Below, piece after piece: positions 30,049-45,612 of a DNA stretch of 64,000 bases (positions within the stretch are counted from its first letter, which is position 1; the number at the start of each line of letters is the position of its first letter). Location: the NCBI GenBank assembly GCA_964016885.1, contig OZ024741.1:178560001-178624000 (forward strand), read 5' to 3'. Under the pieces are notes generated by a model. The model made no database searches, was not told where the DNA came from, and saw nothing but the letters and a program-made list of their open reading frames with translations. Source of the stretch: Eledone cirrhosa (taxonomy: Eukaryota). The translations under genes and the position numbers were made by a program.

Positions 30049-30587
30049 TGAATATAAAAGAAAACCGAACACAGACATATACATATATGTGTTCAAATCG
30101 TAAGGGACCAGATTCGCTAAGGTGAAAAGAATACTAACTATAGACTATAGGGTTTCCCAGACTCAATTTAATAATAAATCAAGAAAGTAAATACAAACCT
30201 GGCTGGTATTTTTAGTGGTGTGAGTTTGTGAGACATGCTAAGTTCAGATACCATGTGTGTTATTATATATACGCACACTATTCAGTTTTTTAATATACTT
30301 AGAAATGACCAGAATACTAATAATTCTTCACCCGCTGATGTGCAAGAAATGGTATTCCTCTTCACAATTAATATTGCGAAATAGTATTATCAAAACTGTC
30401 CGGGTGGTTGGTAGTTACCACAATTCCTGTTTGTATTTACTTTTTGATTTATTCTTAAATTGAGTCTGGCAAACCCTATTGTCTATAGTTAGTATTCTCT
30501 TCACCTTAGCGAATCTGGTCCCTTACGAGTTGAACACATATATGTATATGTCTGTGTTCGTTGTTTTTTATATTGAGTTATAATATA
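30038..30587. repeat. ~160-bp inverted repeat with ~230-bp spacer (MITE-like or inverted pLTR) next to (TA)n
   Basis: 30038-30198 is the reverse complement of 30429-30587. Confidence 0.8.
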
Positions 30588-30666
30588 CGGCTCGGAAAAA
30601 TCTCTTTCCTAGAGCTATTTTATTGTAAGAGACTATTTTGAGTTTCTAACTCAATATATAACTTTG

Positions 30667-30772
<106 letters not shown>

Positions 30773-30791
30773 ATATATATAATATATACTG

Positions 30792-30839
<48 letters not shown>

Positions 30840-32689
30840 TAGATAGAGATAGATAGAGAGAGAGAGAGGGAGAGATAGAGGGAATTTATAGAGATTGTGG
30901 AAATGGTAAGATGGAGCATTGTGTAATTCAGAGAATGTAAACTATCGTAAACGTGAGAGAGTTGTTGTGGATAGTGTTGCCTTGACACAGTGTGTAGATC
31001 GAAAAGATTATTTTATTATGTCCCTTAACTTTCTTAGTAGGAAATTTGGCTTTACCTTTCAGCCTTTCATTGCCAATATAAGTCTTAGTAAAAACAGAGA
31101 CACTCCCTAAAATATGTAGCAATTTTCCTATGCTAAAATTTATTATGATAATAAAATATATTTCTTGTATTTGAAATGTTAATCTGATTTTCAGCTAGAT
31201 GAAACGATTATGTATATGCGTGGATTCGTGACTAATTTACTTAATTAACGATTATAATGTTATGGATTCGATTATTGGAACGGGCGGCACGTTGTTTGTG
31301 TGAGCCAATCTCTTTGCCATTTGTGATAAGAATGGGTACCCTATCATTAGAACGCCGGCTAGACCTCCTGTGATGCCCACCCTCCAAAGGGACTAGCTAC
31401 AATTACGTAGTTGCGGGCAGTACATTTCATTTATTTTCATATATACAATATTGTTGTCTTCTTTGAAAATCCCATTGAAACATTTACAGTCACCATGTGT
31501 TATCTACGAATCGATTAGCTGTTTTTTAATGAATAAATATGTCTGTAGTAGTCGGTCTCTTCAATTAACTGGAACATAATATCAGAAATATAAAGTTATT
31601 TATTGATTTTTACTGGGGAACATTGAATACGTCTAAAAGATTTCGTGAAAAAATACCTAATTCATGGAGACCTCCCATTATATTGATTACATGCTGCCAG
31701 GCGCAAGACTAATTTTATAGATGGAATATGTAGTCGATTGAATTTATTGAAAATTAGAGGCATGGTATTAAATACACTTCTGATTTTTTTTCTTCAACTC
31801 ACCTCTCTTCCATCTTCCCAGATATATTCCAAGACGGAAACATAAGCAGTCTCATCAAGGACAAAACTATAGACTAAATTATGATTTACCACTGTAGTTC
31901 TTTACATTTAAACCACGGAATCATTTTATGTTATATTTTTGCCTCATCACCAATTTCAAACGATGTGAATTAATTGATCAAATTATTTCCAGCTTGATAT
32001 ATAGTTATCATATATTTATTAAAAGAATGTGGGAATGGTTGGCGCCACATCATCTACATTAAAGAACTTATTTATTATTACTTTTCTTTCATTCAATGAT
32101 GAAAAATACTCAATCCATAAAACATCAATAAAGTTGTAAATATTTTGGTTAATTGTTAGGGATTGAAAAGGGTGTCGATATTGGTGGGGAGGGGGTGACA
32201 TTTATAGCTCACATCTATGCAGGTTTAGCTAGCCTCCTATGATATTGTGTCTCATTGGAAGTTCCTCGTGTGTTTAAAGATAGAAGTCCCGAATACTGTC
32301 TAAGAAACAAACATGACGGGAAGCGTCGTGCTCAAGATCACAACAGCCGTCTAGTCTATAAATGAAGCTTATGACCTTATGAACGTGTGTCCTACACTAT
32401 ATCACCTAAATCACACGCATTCACGAAGTCAAAATTGTCTGAGAAGACATATGTCACGGCTAGTATCGGTATTTTACCAAGTTATCATTGCGAAAGAAGA
32501 TACATGTATAATGTTGACGTCATAAACGATATGTATGGCATGATTATTTTATGAACAAATCAATAATACTGAACATCATAGAACTATGTACGATAAAGTA
32601 TGTTTGCTCTTCTCTGATTCAACTTCAAAATATTTCTAGCTTTAGAACTTTCTCTTATTTCTCTTGAATCAATAAGACAAATATTAATG

Positions 32690-33425
32690 ACATATATATA
32701 TGCATCAAAACCTCCGCCTCCTTCACCAGAACTATGTCGTCGGCAAATTCAGCATCCGATATCTTTTTCGCTTTAACTCTCCTGCTCTGAACTGGTGTTA
32801 CAGTAAAGCCAGAGTCCTGTTGTTTCTCCAGCGCAAGGGGCATACAATAGTCCACTGCGATGATAAAAAGGTAGGGTATTTGGGAGCAAGGATTGGGAAT
32901 ACGGAAGATGATGTGGTCGAGGGGAAGAGCAAAATCTGGACGACGTGCCACAGCTTGAGATCGGTGTGGAAGTCGGACCTTCGTAAAGACCTGAAGATCC
33001 GACTCTTCGTTGCTGTAGTGGAGTCTGTGCTGCTGTACAGGTCTGAGACTTGGACACTGACCAGGAAACTCACTCAGATGGTGGATGTATGCTACACAAG
33101 AATGCTGAACATTAATCAGTATACACTGAGGATGAAGAACTCTGAGCTGTACGGGAGCCTCACAAAAGTCAGCTTGAAAATGACACAGAGGAGACTGAGG
33201 TTGGCTGGACATGCTCACCGACATCCAGAATTGATACTGCACTCAGTGTTCTTGTGGGAGCCTTTGCATGGACACACTGGAAGAGGAAGACCAAGGTTAA
33301 CATATGTTGATGCCCTAAGGACAGACACTGGTCTCTTGGAGACGCAGGACATGGCAACGATAATGAGGGACAGAGACCGCTGGAGAGAACTCGTCCATGG
33401 ATCTCGGAAATTTTACCCGCCCTAG
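32690..33425. mobile_element. RTE-clade LINE, 5'-truncated with 5' inversion
   Basis: Minus 32690-32830: SGFTVTPVQSRRVKAKKISDAEFADDIVL. Plus 32850-33425: YLG...VESVLLY..ETWTLT...RLRLAGH...GRPRLTYVD...DRDRWR. Confidence 0.88.
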
Positions 33426-33497
33426 ACAGACATATATATACACTTTTACTCTTTAACCTTTTCCAGCCATCCGGCTGAGGCCATACAGGAACACCGT

Positions 33498-33573
<76 letters not shown>

Positions 33574-34089
33574 CTGCGTGTGTATGTATATGTGTGCATG
33601 TGAGTGTATGTGTGTCTGTGTATGCAGAGAACGTATGTTTAGAAAACGGCGGGCGGAATTTGTGTATTGAATTAATTTCACCGTAATTTTGACTAAATGA
33701 AATAGTGTAACAATAACGGGGCATATAAACCCACTGAAGCGCACACTTGTCAGGCAAACAAGAAGTTTAGGTTCGCCTCCCATGTGTGGTTTTGTTCATC
33801 TTTGTCCGTCATATTGTTATTAGATTATTTTATTTAGTCAAAATTACGGCAAATATTCAGTTTTCATATAACTGCCACATTCCGAATATATTGGGTCTTC
33901 AAGTATGAAATGTGTAGAAATTTATAGGAAAAAGAACAGAAATTTCTACAAATTTCATATTTGACGACCCAATACATTTTGTAAGCCCTCTGAGTACATT
34001 TGCTCGATATACATTCAAGCCATATCTCGTTGAGTCAGTAATTGTGAGCACTAGGGATTATAGAGAATATATTTCCTACAACCTCGTCA

Positions 34090-34130
<41 letters not shown>

Positions 34131-34134
34131 CGTG

Positions 34135-34495
34135 TAAGTATCAAAGATCTTAGCCTTCAGATAGATGATAGGAAACTCATTTTGATGTTAGTACTTCCTT
34201 GTTCTTGTTGAACGCTGCCCAACCTAGAATGATTCGATTGTCAAGAGTACTCAAACTATACGGCCATATAAAAAGATCAACTCGCGGTGTGAGTAGGTTA
34301 TGCCTGGAAGGATGGTTGGCTGGTGAGAGAAGCAGAGGCCGGCATCCAAAGCGATGGCTTGACAATGTCAACTGATGGACTGGACTTGATGTTTGCTCTT
34401 TGAACTCTGCTGCTGGTGATCGAACTTTGTGGGGAGAGATATCTCATGTTGATGTGCAGTATGCAACTGGCGGAGTGTTTAGTGTCACAACAGAA
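34135..34495. mobile_element. RTE LINE remnants: minus-strand thumb segment adjoining a plus-strand C-terminus
   Basis: Minus 34135-34260: LDNRIILGWAAFNKNKEVLTSK...LKAKIFD. Plus 34300-34450: LEGWLAGERSRGRHPKRWLDNVN*WTGL...AGDRTLW. Confidence 0.7.
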
Positions 34496-35221
34496 GTGCG
34501 TGTGTGTATGTGTGTGTGTAAACACAATAAATACGAAAAAAAGTATTAAATACGAGATGGAGATTTGGCATAAAATTTAATAGAAAAAATTGCATAAACC
34601 TACAAATGAAAAGATTCAAACTCCCTAAAATAAGTTTGGAATTATCTAGCAAACCTAAAGGGTTTACGAAATGAATTCCATTTCATAGCATAAATAACTT
34701 ATACAATCAACCAACAGTATAACTATAAGTGCCTCTAACTTAGAAGACAAAGTGATAGCAATCAGTTTCAATACTGCTGATCGAGTTTCTACTCTAGTAC
34801 TTCTCTGAACATATACAACCTTTAAGGATAACCCACTTAATTTCCTAAATAAAATATCTATAAATCTCATCAACTTCACAAACGTTAATTAGGCATCGCA
34901 TTTATTTATGTATTTATTTTTAGATAAAATCTTCAGCAAAATTGTAAAAGAAACTTACCACTATTGAAAAACAGTATCTCAATTACCCAATAGATCAAAA
35001 GCATTTATAATAAACAACACAAATTTACCTAGTGTTATCCCGTAGACGATAAGTTCGAATTACAGCAACATTACTTCAAACTGCATTAAATATCACCCGG
35101 AACCACAACATTAGTACGAAAGGAAACCGATGTTTTCCTTCGAGAATGATTTGTAGCTTAATAAAGACGACAATACATACTTAGATATCAGCATGAAATA
35201 TACTAATTAATCTCTCTCGCA

Positions 35222-35290
<69 letters not shown>

Positions 35291-35517
35291 TTCTCTCTCT
35301 CTCTCTCTCATTTCTCTCTCTGTCTCCCCTATCTCCCTTTCTCCTTTCTCTATCTCTCATGTTGAATAATTGAATTTAATCTTAATTAAGAAAGCCTTAA
35401 CTAGAGCACAATTCATAGAAGGACTGTTAGGTGATCACTATACGGAGGACTGTTGCTTGGCAACTTATATTCTTACGTGATATACAAAGATGTGAAATGA
35501 AAGTTTATAGTGCCTTG

Positions 35518-35568
<51 letters not shown>

Positions 35569-35602
35569 GTATGCACACGTACACACACACACACACACAC
35601 AT

Positions 35603-35647
<45 letters not shown>

Positions 35648-36101
35648 TATATAGAGATATATATATATATAAATGTATATATATATATATACACACACAT
35701 ATACATATATACATATACACATATACATATGCACACATATATACATATATACGTATGGGTTATATCGAACATTGATAATAATATTCGATTCATTTGTAAA
35801 CAAACGGCCCGATTTGAAGCTGTGCCGTGCCGGGGACTGATCGTCACCTGTCTGTGGCAACACTAGCTTTGAGGAACAATCAACATGTCTCTGAGTCATT
35901 ATCTTTCATCAGGACTGTATACCTCTGCTACTCTGTTGAACTGTTAAAAATATATAGTATTTTCTTAAGTAGCCTCATTTGCATACCGAGCGAGTTACGG
36001 CTGGCCTTGTTGAATATTAAAATTAAAATTAGATTTGTATTCCCCACTCTAGTACAGCTGATACATACATGTAAGTAGGCACAATACCCATACACACATA
36101 C

Positions 36102-36158
<57 letters not shown>

Positions 36159-36193
36159 TATTTATTAAGATAACAGATTAAAGTTTAAGCAAA

Positions 36194-36233
<40 letters not shown>

Positions 36234-37289
36234 GTTTAAGCAAAGAATATATATATATATACATACATATATATATATATATTTACTGTTTTACTTGTCC
36301 CAACCATCCGGCTGAGTCCATGCTGGGGCACCGTATATATATATATATATAAATACATATACATATATGGGTTATATCAAACATTAATTATGATGTTCGA
36401 TTCGTTTGTAAACCATTGCAGCTATTTAAGTTCTGATTTCAAATCACGCTGATATGAATTTGTCTTTCATTATTCCAGGGTCAGTAAAATGGACTTTTGT
36501 CTTTTCCCCAAAATTGTTGGATTTGAACCTGAATAAGAAACTATTAATATACTAAGACAATTAGAAACATTGTGGAAAATAGATTACAAAAAATGCATGA
36601 ACCAGAATATTTTATCAATGCTGTAATATTGTTGTGGTGGTTGTATTAGTTCTTGTTTGGATGTTGGTTGCTGTTGTTTTTATCGTCATCGTCGGAGAGG
36701 TGTTGTGGTGGTGGCGTTGGTTGTATTCGTTGTTATCGGTGCCGTCGTTGCCGAGGCCACCGTACTTGGTGAGGAAATGTTTTGATGGTTGTTGTTGTTG
36801 TCAGCGTAGTCATCATCACTGACGTCACCACTATGACTGTTGCTCTTGTAGTCGTTTTCATTAAGGTTGTGTTCGTCACCGTAGGTAATGGTTGTAATGG
36901 TTGCAGTTGTAGTTGTTCTTTTAGTTGATGGTATCGCCACCGCCACTACCATCTCTGCCGACGCCTCTGTGACTGATGTAGAGGTGTTTCCTTTGCTTTA
37001 TCTCGAAATAAGAAGTCATTTGTTAATTGAGTCTGGGAGTCTATTTCCATGCTTGTTTCCGGATTTGTTTTTCGGTGAAAACTAACCCTAAGACTTGTGT
37101 TTACATTGAAATTCGACATTTAATTAGTTCGGAAGTAGGGTCAGTTGACAAATGAGTATCAGCCAATATAAATATAAACATACATATATGTATCTATCTA
37201 TCTATCAATCTATCTACCTATTATTCTATTTGTATATATATACATATCCAAAGTAACAAGATTCACTATTAAGTCTTAATAAACGAATA

Positions 37290-37300
37290 TATATACATAT

Positions 37301-37364
<64 letters not shown>

Positions 37365-37608
37365 TATATATATATATGCGTGTGTGTATTTGTGAGTGAG
37401 TGTATATGTGTGTGCGTGTGCGTACACACATATATATATATATATATATGCATATACATATATATGTATATATGTGTATATATATATATATATACACATA
37501 TATACATGTGTATGTATATAGATATATATACACATATATACATATATATGTATATATTACCTTATACGTATACATACATATATATAAGCATATACATATA
37601 TATATATA

Positions 37609-37695
<87 letters not shown>

Positions 37696-37720
37696 ATGCA
37701 TATATATATGTATGTATACG
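37290..37720. repeat. Compound (TA)n/(CA)n microsatellite
   Basis: Direct reading. Confidence 0.9.
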
Positions 37721-37816
37721 TATAAGGTAACATCCGCTCCTATTTCATTATTTCATGTGATTGTATCGACCGGCTTCTACTCCATCTGATAATTCAGCAA
37801 TGTCTGCCGCAGCCGT

Positions 37817-37857
<41 letters not shown>

Positions 37858-38295
37858 TCACAATCACTATCCTTTTTATGTCTGTGTGTATCTTTCTATC
37901 TACTTATCTGGTCCATTTTAAAATGTACTGTCATCAAATTCTCCACAACTGCGGGAGAAGATTGTAATTATTGATTTCGATGGCCAATCAAAGTCATGAA
38001 CGCACACAAACACACACATTTATATATATATATATAAGTATATTCTTATCTTTTTTTAAATATATATATATATATACAAGTATATCCCCCATCTTTATAT
38101 ATATATATGTATTTGAAAAAAGAGAATAATACTTTTTCTGGTGGTTGGTATTCTTTAATAGTTGAATTCTTTATGGTAAGTCATTATTGATATTAGGTCT
38201 AGTAAGTACAAATCTGCGGAAGTCACCCGCATTTGGCGGCGATTGTCAAACTTGTGTATTGTGATATGTTAATGATATATATATATATATACACA

Positions 38296-38401
<106 letters not shown>

Positions 38402-38828
38402 TGTATATATATATATACATAGAGAGGGGGAGAGAGAGAGATGGGAGTCTGGGAATGATAAGAGTTATTTGAAAATGTAGAAGTGTAAATAAAAATAGAG
38501 CACGTCATATTTTGATGATAAGAAAATGAAGACGAAAAGGTTATTGAATGAGAGTGATATTCGAGGTTTTTTGTGATGTCATTCTTTTTTTGTTTAAATA
38601 TATCTCACTATACCAAGGAATTTCCTTAATTTCCCAATATATATAGATTGTATGTGTGTGTGTTATTATACATGCATGCACACAAACGTATGTATATACT
38701 GTATATTCATATATATATATATATATATATATGCATATACCCCCTTCTCATCAGAGCAAAGTACTAACACTTCATAAATCCACACGCTTCATTCCCCTTG
38801 TATATTCCTGTTATTATTTGACCATGTT

Positions 38829-39040
38829 AGGGTGGGTAGATTGGCAGTATTAGTAGAGCGTCGGTCAACATGGTGTGTGGCATAAAGTTACGTCCATTTA
38901 CCTTCTAAGTTCAATCCTGTCGAGGTTATCTTTGCCTTTCATCCTTACGGCGTCGATACGATGAAACACTAGCGTCGATTTAATCGACTTCCCACTTCCC
39001 CTAAACTGCTGGCCTTGTACCTATAGTAGAAATCATTATT
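38829..39040 (+). mobile_element. Diverged SINE with 15-bp TSD TTATTTGACCATGTT
   Basis: SINE body recognisable; TSD at 38814-38828 and 39036-39050. Confidence 0.8.
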
Positions 39041-41259
39041 TGACCATGTTTCGAAGTGAATTTCTTAATCATACAACTATGATTCTATGAGTCTATGTAT
39101 ATATCTACGAATATTTTCTATCAACTACCTCCCTTTAACAATATAACCCGATCGTTGTTTTTGTTACTCTTGCCCAGCAAGACCTACTCAAGTGTTTGTA
39201 TGCAAGTGTGGACACTTAACTCGTGGTGGAATCGTAGGAGCACAGTTGTAACATCCTCTATCTTGCTCTGAAACGACCTGATTTCTTCCAGAGAGGGGAA
39301 AGGGGAAAGGAGAAAGTGATATTAAGGACGAACCGATCACAATAATGCGCAGGTACTTAATTTATCGACATCGAAATGATGACAGGCGTAGCCATTTACG
39401 TCGGCAAGGTTTTAACTCAGCACGCAAAGAGCCTGAATGCCTCAAAGTATTCTACCTGACGCTCTACCGATTGTACTAATTCCAGTTTAAAATTGTGTAG
39501 AGCACTATAGTGCCGCCTTGTATATAAAAACTACAAACACAACTACTACTTTTCTAACCATTCTTTTTGTCTTCATGCAGTTGGTGGGTCACAAGTTCTC
39601 CTCCAATTAGATTTACTGTCGTGATTGATTCCCTCAACAGTGACGATTTTACTCGGAGTTTCCTCCTACTTTTACTATCTTCTAAGTCCACCATTTCTCA
39701 GAGCACCTGCCAAATTATTCTGCACAGTTAGAAATTATTCTGACGTTAGAAATAACTATTATATTTTAACTATCGAGAAGCAAATAAGGATGACCGATAT
39801 ACTGTCGCAACCAATCAATGTAGAGTACTTTTAATTCTTCAAAGGCATGTACATGACTGAATGAAAAACGAATAATCAACAAGAATGAGTATGTTCGGAG
39901 ATGGTTGATCTGCTAGATATAGCAGCGAAATCTCCTTCGTCCCACACCCTGTCGGGATTTATTTTTGTTGTTTTTTTTGTTTTTTTAGGGAATACTGGAT
40001 TTTATACATTATAGGGTATATTACTCTCGAAAATAATGGCGAGATGTTCATGTCTGGAAAACAAGTAATCTTTTCACAGAAAATATTTTAAATCGTGTAT
40101 GAAAATTCAAATATTTATGATATACTTACTCGTGGATGTATCATTGTGAAATTTTGCAGAATTAGATTAATAAAGCTTTAATCTTAAATTTGATGCTATC
40201 ATAATGTTGTTTTTAAATTGCAAGAATATCGTGTTAATCTGGTGTCATGTGGTTTGTTAATTCAAGTGTTTATAATGTCGTTAATAATGAATAGATTTGT
40301 TTGTGAAGATTGCAGTACGCTAACGTAAAGCCTTTAATTCTTCTTGTGACGGAATCATAGTGCTGTTTTAAATTCTTTTAGAACCAGAAATATTTTCAAC
40401 CCGCTCAAGCGTATGTGTATGTATGTGTGTGTGTGTGTGTGTGCATGTGTGTGTGTGTGTGTGTGCATGTGTGTGTGTGTGTGTGTGTGTGTGAGTGTAT
40501 GCGTGTGTGTGTGTGTGTGTGTGAGTGTATGCGTGTGTGTATGTGCATATGCATACATTTATTATATGCGTACATAAATATACACTTACAAAAATACACA
40601 CTCACAGACATACATTCACACAAATACGCATACATTCACATAAACATACACACATGCATTTACACAGATACACATATACATATACTCTCAAACAGCGTAG
40701 CAAATTAAACACCACCAGTTGTTTTGCTATAGTTTTTTTCCCCGTCCCTTCCTTTCTTTTACACAGACGTACATCCACACAAACACACACACACTGTGTG
40801 ACGGACGGACGAAAGTCACTCAACTTGATATATTGTGGACATAACGTTGTGAAAATTTGCAATGTAAGATTAAATACTTTCATTTTTAATGTGATGCAGT
40901 CGTAATGCTGTTTCTACTTTTCAAGAATGCCTTGCTAATATAACTTCATGCGGCACGAGGCGTTAATGAGATTTGCTCCTAGATCAATATCAATATCTGA
41001 CAATAACCAGGCGATATGTCTCTGCTTCCTTACCTCACACTACCACAGTCATTTGTCAACAGCGAAATTTTCGAAACCGGTCGCTCTCCTGGTAAATATG
41101 AATGTTAAATCCTCTCAAGTAACATAGTACCTTCATAAAACAGGGAACACACAATCGTCAATGTAATCGTTGATACACAAAGAACCAGTTGATTTTTACT
41201 GCATGCCTGTTCCATCAGAGCTGATCTAAATCTAAACGAAACATACAGTGATAACAATA

Positions 41260-41448
41260 ACTGTTTCAATTTTTGGCATAAGGCCAGCAATTATCCCAGT
41301 ACATTACTGGTACTTTATTTTATCGACCCCGTATGGATGAAAGGCAAAGTTAACCTCGGCAGGATTTGAACTCAGACCGTAAAGGGGAGTGACTCTGTGC
41401 TGCAAAACATGGCGTCCGACTCTCTACTCATACTGCCAATCCACCGCC
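41260..41448 (-). mobile_element. Full-length SINE (minus), TSD TAACAATAAC
   Basis: Reverse-complement A/B boxes and body. Confidence 0.85.
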
Positions 41449-42529
41449 TTAACAATAACAGATATATGTTTGTATTTTCCTTCAGGAGTATATACTATCT
41501 CTCTTGTGAAACTTTAAATAAAACATTCACAATCTTATTTCCGACAGCATCAACACTGTTCTACAACATATTAGATATGCTTGTCCCTTTTAAGTTACTT
41601 TCTCCTAATATACGCCCATTAATTATTTGCACACATTAATATCATTATTTTTCACACTCTACATTTTATTAGCGTACGTCATCATTACAATACTTAATTC
41701 TCTAACTCATTAATTTTTACTTAACTATTCTTACTTTTCTATATATTTCATTGCTTCTGGTTATCTATTACATTTTTCCTCATCAAAATTTTCTAACATT
41801 CCATTTCATTTTTCTTTGCTTAATCCTTCGTATCATAGTTCTCCACGGTATTTAATTTGATTTATCTTTTAAAAAATACCATCTCCATAACATAGCTTAA
41901 AACAAATTATAAAACATCATCAATTGTAAACATTGCCTCATTTAATCTATTACTCATCCTTAACATGTATTAGTGTTGCTGAACAAATTGTTCCTTAAAG
42001 TATATCAAGGCTCCTCTAGTTTTTCATGTAAACGTCCTAATATAATTTATTACCATCTAAGCTATGAATATTATTAACTCTTAGCAAATTTGTTTTCTCA
42101 GTCGATAATTTCGAACCCATATAATTCCACCCTGAGAACAATATTGTTTATTTATTTGTTGTCTTCTTATATGTACTTATGTTTAATGTTTAATTTTCGT
42201 ATAAATGTCAACTTGAGTTTAACTAAGTCCCTTGTAATTTTCCTGGATTCACTGAGAGGGCGATGCTTTAAATGTTTCTAACTTAGATATATGAAGCCTG
42301 TCAGTTCAACGATGCATTCGTTCCATAATGTGTGTTTTTCTATATACATATATTTCAAACATGTTTTAACTTTCTGAATAATAATCATTAAATTCATATA
42401 TTATAACTCATACTTATAAATAAATGGCTCTTTTTAATGGATCCCTAAACTTTCCTTGAAAATCCGTAATAAATTTATGAACATGTATATGCTCCATCTG
42501 GTTCCTTACCACACCTCCTTCGTTATATA

Positions 42530-42615
<86 letters not shown>

Positions 42616-43242
42616 ACTAACAAGTTATAGCTGTAATTGCATTTTCATTTTCCTTTAGTTCTTTCTACCAATACGGAATAATTAAGTCATAAACCTTTTC
42701 CAGTTTTTGACGTAGCTTTTTCGTATGAGAAACATTTGTTTTAGCTCAACACAAGCCCGGTCGTAAATTCTTTTCAATTTCTTAGTACACGTGAGGATTT
42801 TCCAGCATTTTCTTCAAGGCCAGAAAAAGAGACGGCCTATACGGTATGCTTCCTCCGGAAAAAGACATAACTAATGATTATTTAAACCCGAAGAGTACGT
42901 GAAGAATCTTTCCAGGCGCACAGCATTGTTCAGCTATGATCTATATCCGCCTTAGATATTATTGTACAGGAACAATGCACAGTGTAACCGAAGTAGAGGA
43001 AAGAATGAATGCGAATTTAGAAATATATTTTTTTTAAACTTAAGCATTTGTCTTTCGTAATTATTTTTACTAAATATTCCACGAACTTCAGTTTCGATCC
43101 GTACGATCAGGGTCACAGGATTGATATTATTTCATTTGATGAAGGTTTAAAATAACTACATTCCATGATTTCTATCCCAGAGACGTAAACATGTGCTCTG
43201 AATTTATATTGAATGAGATATAACGTATATATATATATATAT

Positions 43243-43404
<162 letters not shown>

Positions 43405-43531
43405 GGTGTGTACGTATATATTGATATATAGATATATTGATATATATATATGTGCGTGTATATGTGTATGTATATTGTCTGTTTATATACTTATATATGC
43501 ATGTGTTTATGTATGTACACACACACACATG

Positions 43532-43574
<43 letters not shown>

Positions 43575-45136
43575 GCGTGTGTGAGAGAGAAAGCGAGAGA
43601 GCGAAAATATTGACGAGATTAAAATTTAATATCCACATCGATGTAACAAATGTCTCTCATGGGATTTTAAAGTTGTTTTGTTTGTCGTGTATTAGTAGTT
43701 TTTGTTCTTCTTCTTTGGGATTACTGTATTTTAGGAATAGCTGATTTCTGCAGCTGTCTTGGAGGTTTTAGTTTGTTTTATAATTTTCTGTTATCTTTTG
43801 TTTTCGTTTTTTTTTTGTTTCCGCTTACTTTTTGTTTTTATTTATTTATTATATAAAACAATTTTTTAGATATATATTAACATATATCGATCAGTAAGTC
43901 AAATATATATATATATGAGATCAATAATTCTTTTCATATTCAATGTCAAATTGTTCTGTACATAAATACAGAAGTTTAAATTTCGTACAATAGATTTTTG
44001 TTCTAAAATAAATTGATGAGGAAATGAAAGAAATGAACTCCACCGAGTTATCTTAAATTTACATATTCGTTCGGGACGTTATTTTTTCAACTATACGAAA
44101 CGTATAAATATTTACTTCACACTAAATTGGAAAGAAGGCAGAAAGACAATGCGTGCGCGTATAAAGAAAGAGTGTAAAGAGGAAGAATGGAAAGATTAGA
44201 TACGAAAGGTTTTCATTGTGCTAAATTGAAATTTCGAAATTGTATTTGAAATTGTATCAACGATAGCGCAAATGCTGCTGACCTATTGAATCAAGTACGG
44301 AAATACGGATCAAAATTTCATCAATTCATTCGCACAACTTAATTGTTCATAGACTCACATCATACCCACCCACCTTGCAATCCTGGGATTCCTCACTTAT
44401 TATCCCATTTTGAATAGTCATCAGGTAATTTTTTATCTTACCATTTTAACATTAGCAAGTTTTTCAAACTACAATAATTGCACGGGGTTGTTGTTCTCGT
44501 AGATCCAGCTTACGTTCCGCTCCTTGAAATCCCAAGTTTTCTCAATTCCTTTCTGCTCCACTTTAATTGTTATGTAATAATGTTTCACCCGAGCACCACA
44601 TTAACACAAGGAAGCTTTGCATACCACAAACGTGACTAAATCTAAGGCAGCTTTTTTGTGAAATATTAATTCGTGATCGTTTTATAATTGGGTGCATTTG
44701 CTATATACACATTATAGTTAGGTATATTTATATTTCCTTTTATGCCTATACATAGTATCCGGTATTTTTAGGTATATTGGTATTTCATTTAATATAAGGG
44801 GAAATGACCATGGAAGTTACATCTGGAAAGTTTTCCTAAGCAAAACAACCGGGCTAGATGTTTTTGCGAAAGACCAGAAAAACCCTTATATAACAGTCTC
44901 AACGCTAATGATGTTGTTCAAGGAAACGCAGAGGTCAATACATCTTAGCACCAGTGACGTTGAAACTCATGTGTTACAGCAGACTGAATTGAACGAAAGT
45001 TTGATGAAGTGTATTGCTGAAGGACACAAAGATCTGCCTGGTCCAGGAATCTAACTCTCAACCTCACGATTTTAAGCCAAATGCTCTGAAAACAATTAGC
45101 CTCGCGCCTTCATTCATGCATACAATATACCCGATA

Positions 45137-45298
<162 letters not shown>

Positions 45299-45537
45299 AT
45301 ATATATATATAAGTTTGAGTTTCGGACAGATCTACGGAAAAGGTTTGAATTTTGAAATTTAAACTTGTATAGGCACCAGGCCATTGCCGATATAAAACTG
45401 TGAGTATAGATATATTATTTGTTAGATCGACACAGGCAGACTATATGTATTTGAATTAAGATATTGCATTCTAGTAAATTAATTGTCAATTTACAGTAAA
45501 AACACATAAGTGTTGATCATATATTTATTTATATTAA

Positions 45538-45581
<44 letters not shown>

Positions 45582-45612
45582 CATACTATCGTGTATATTG
45601 TGTGCATGAATG

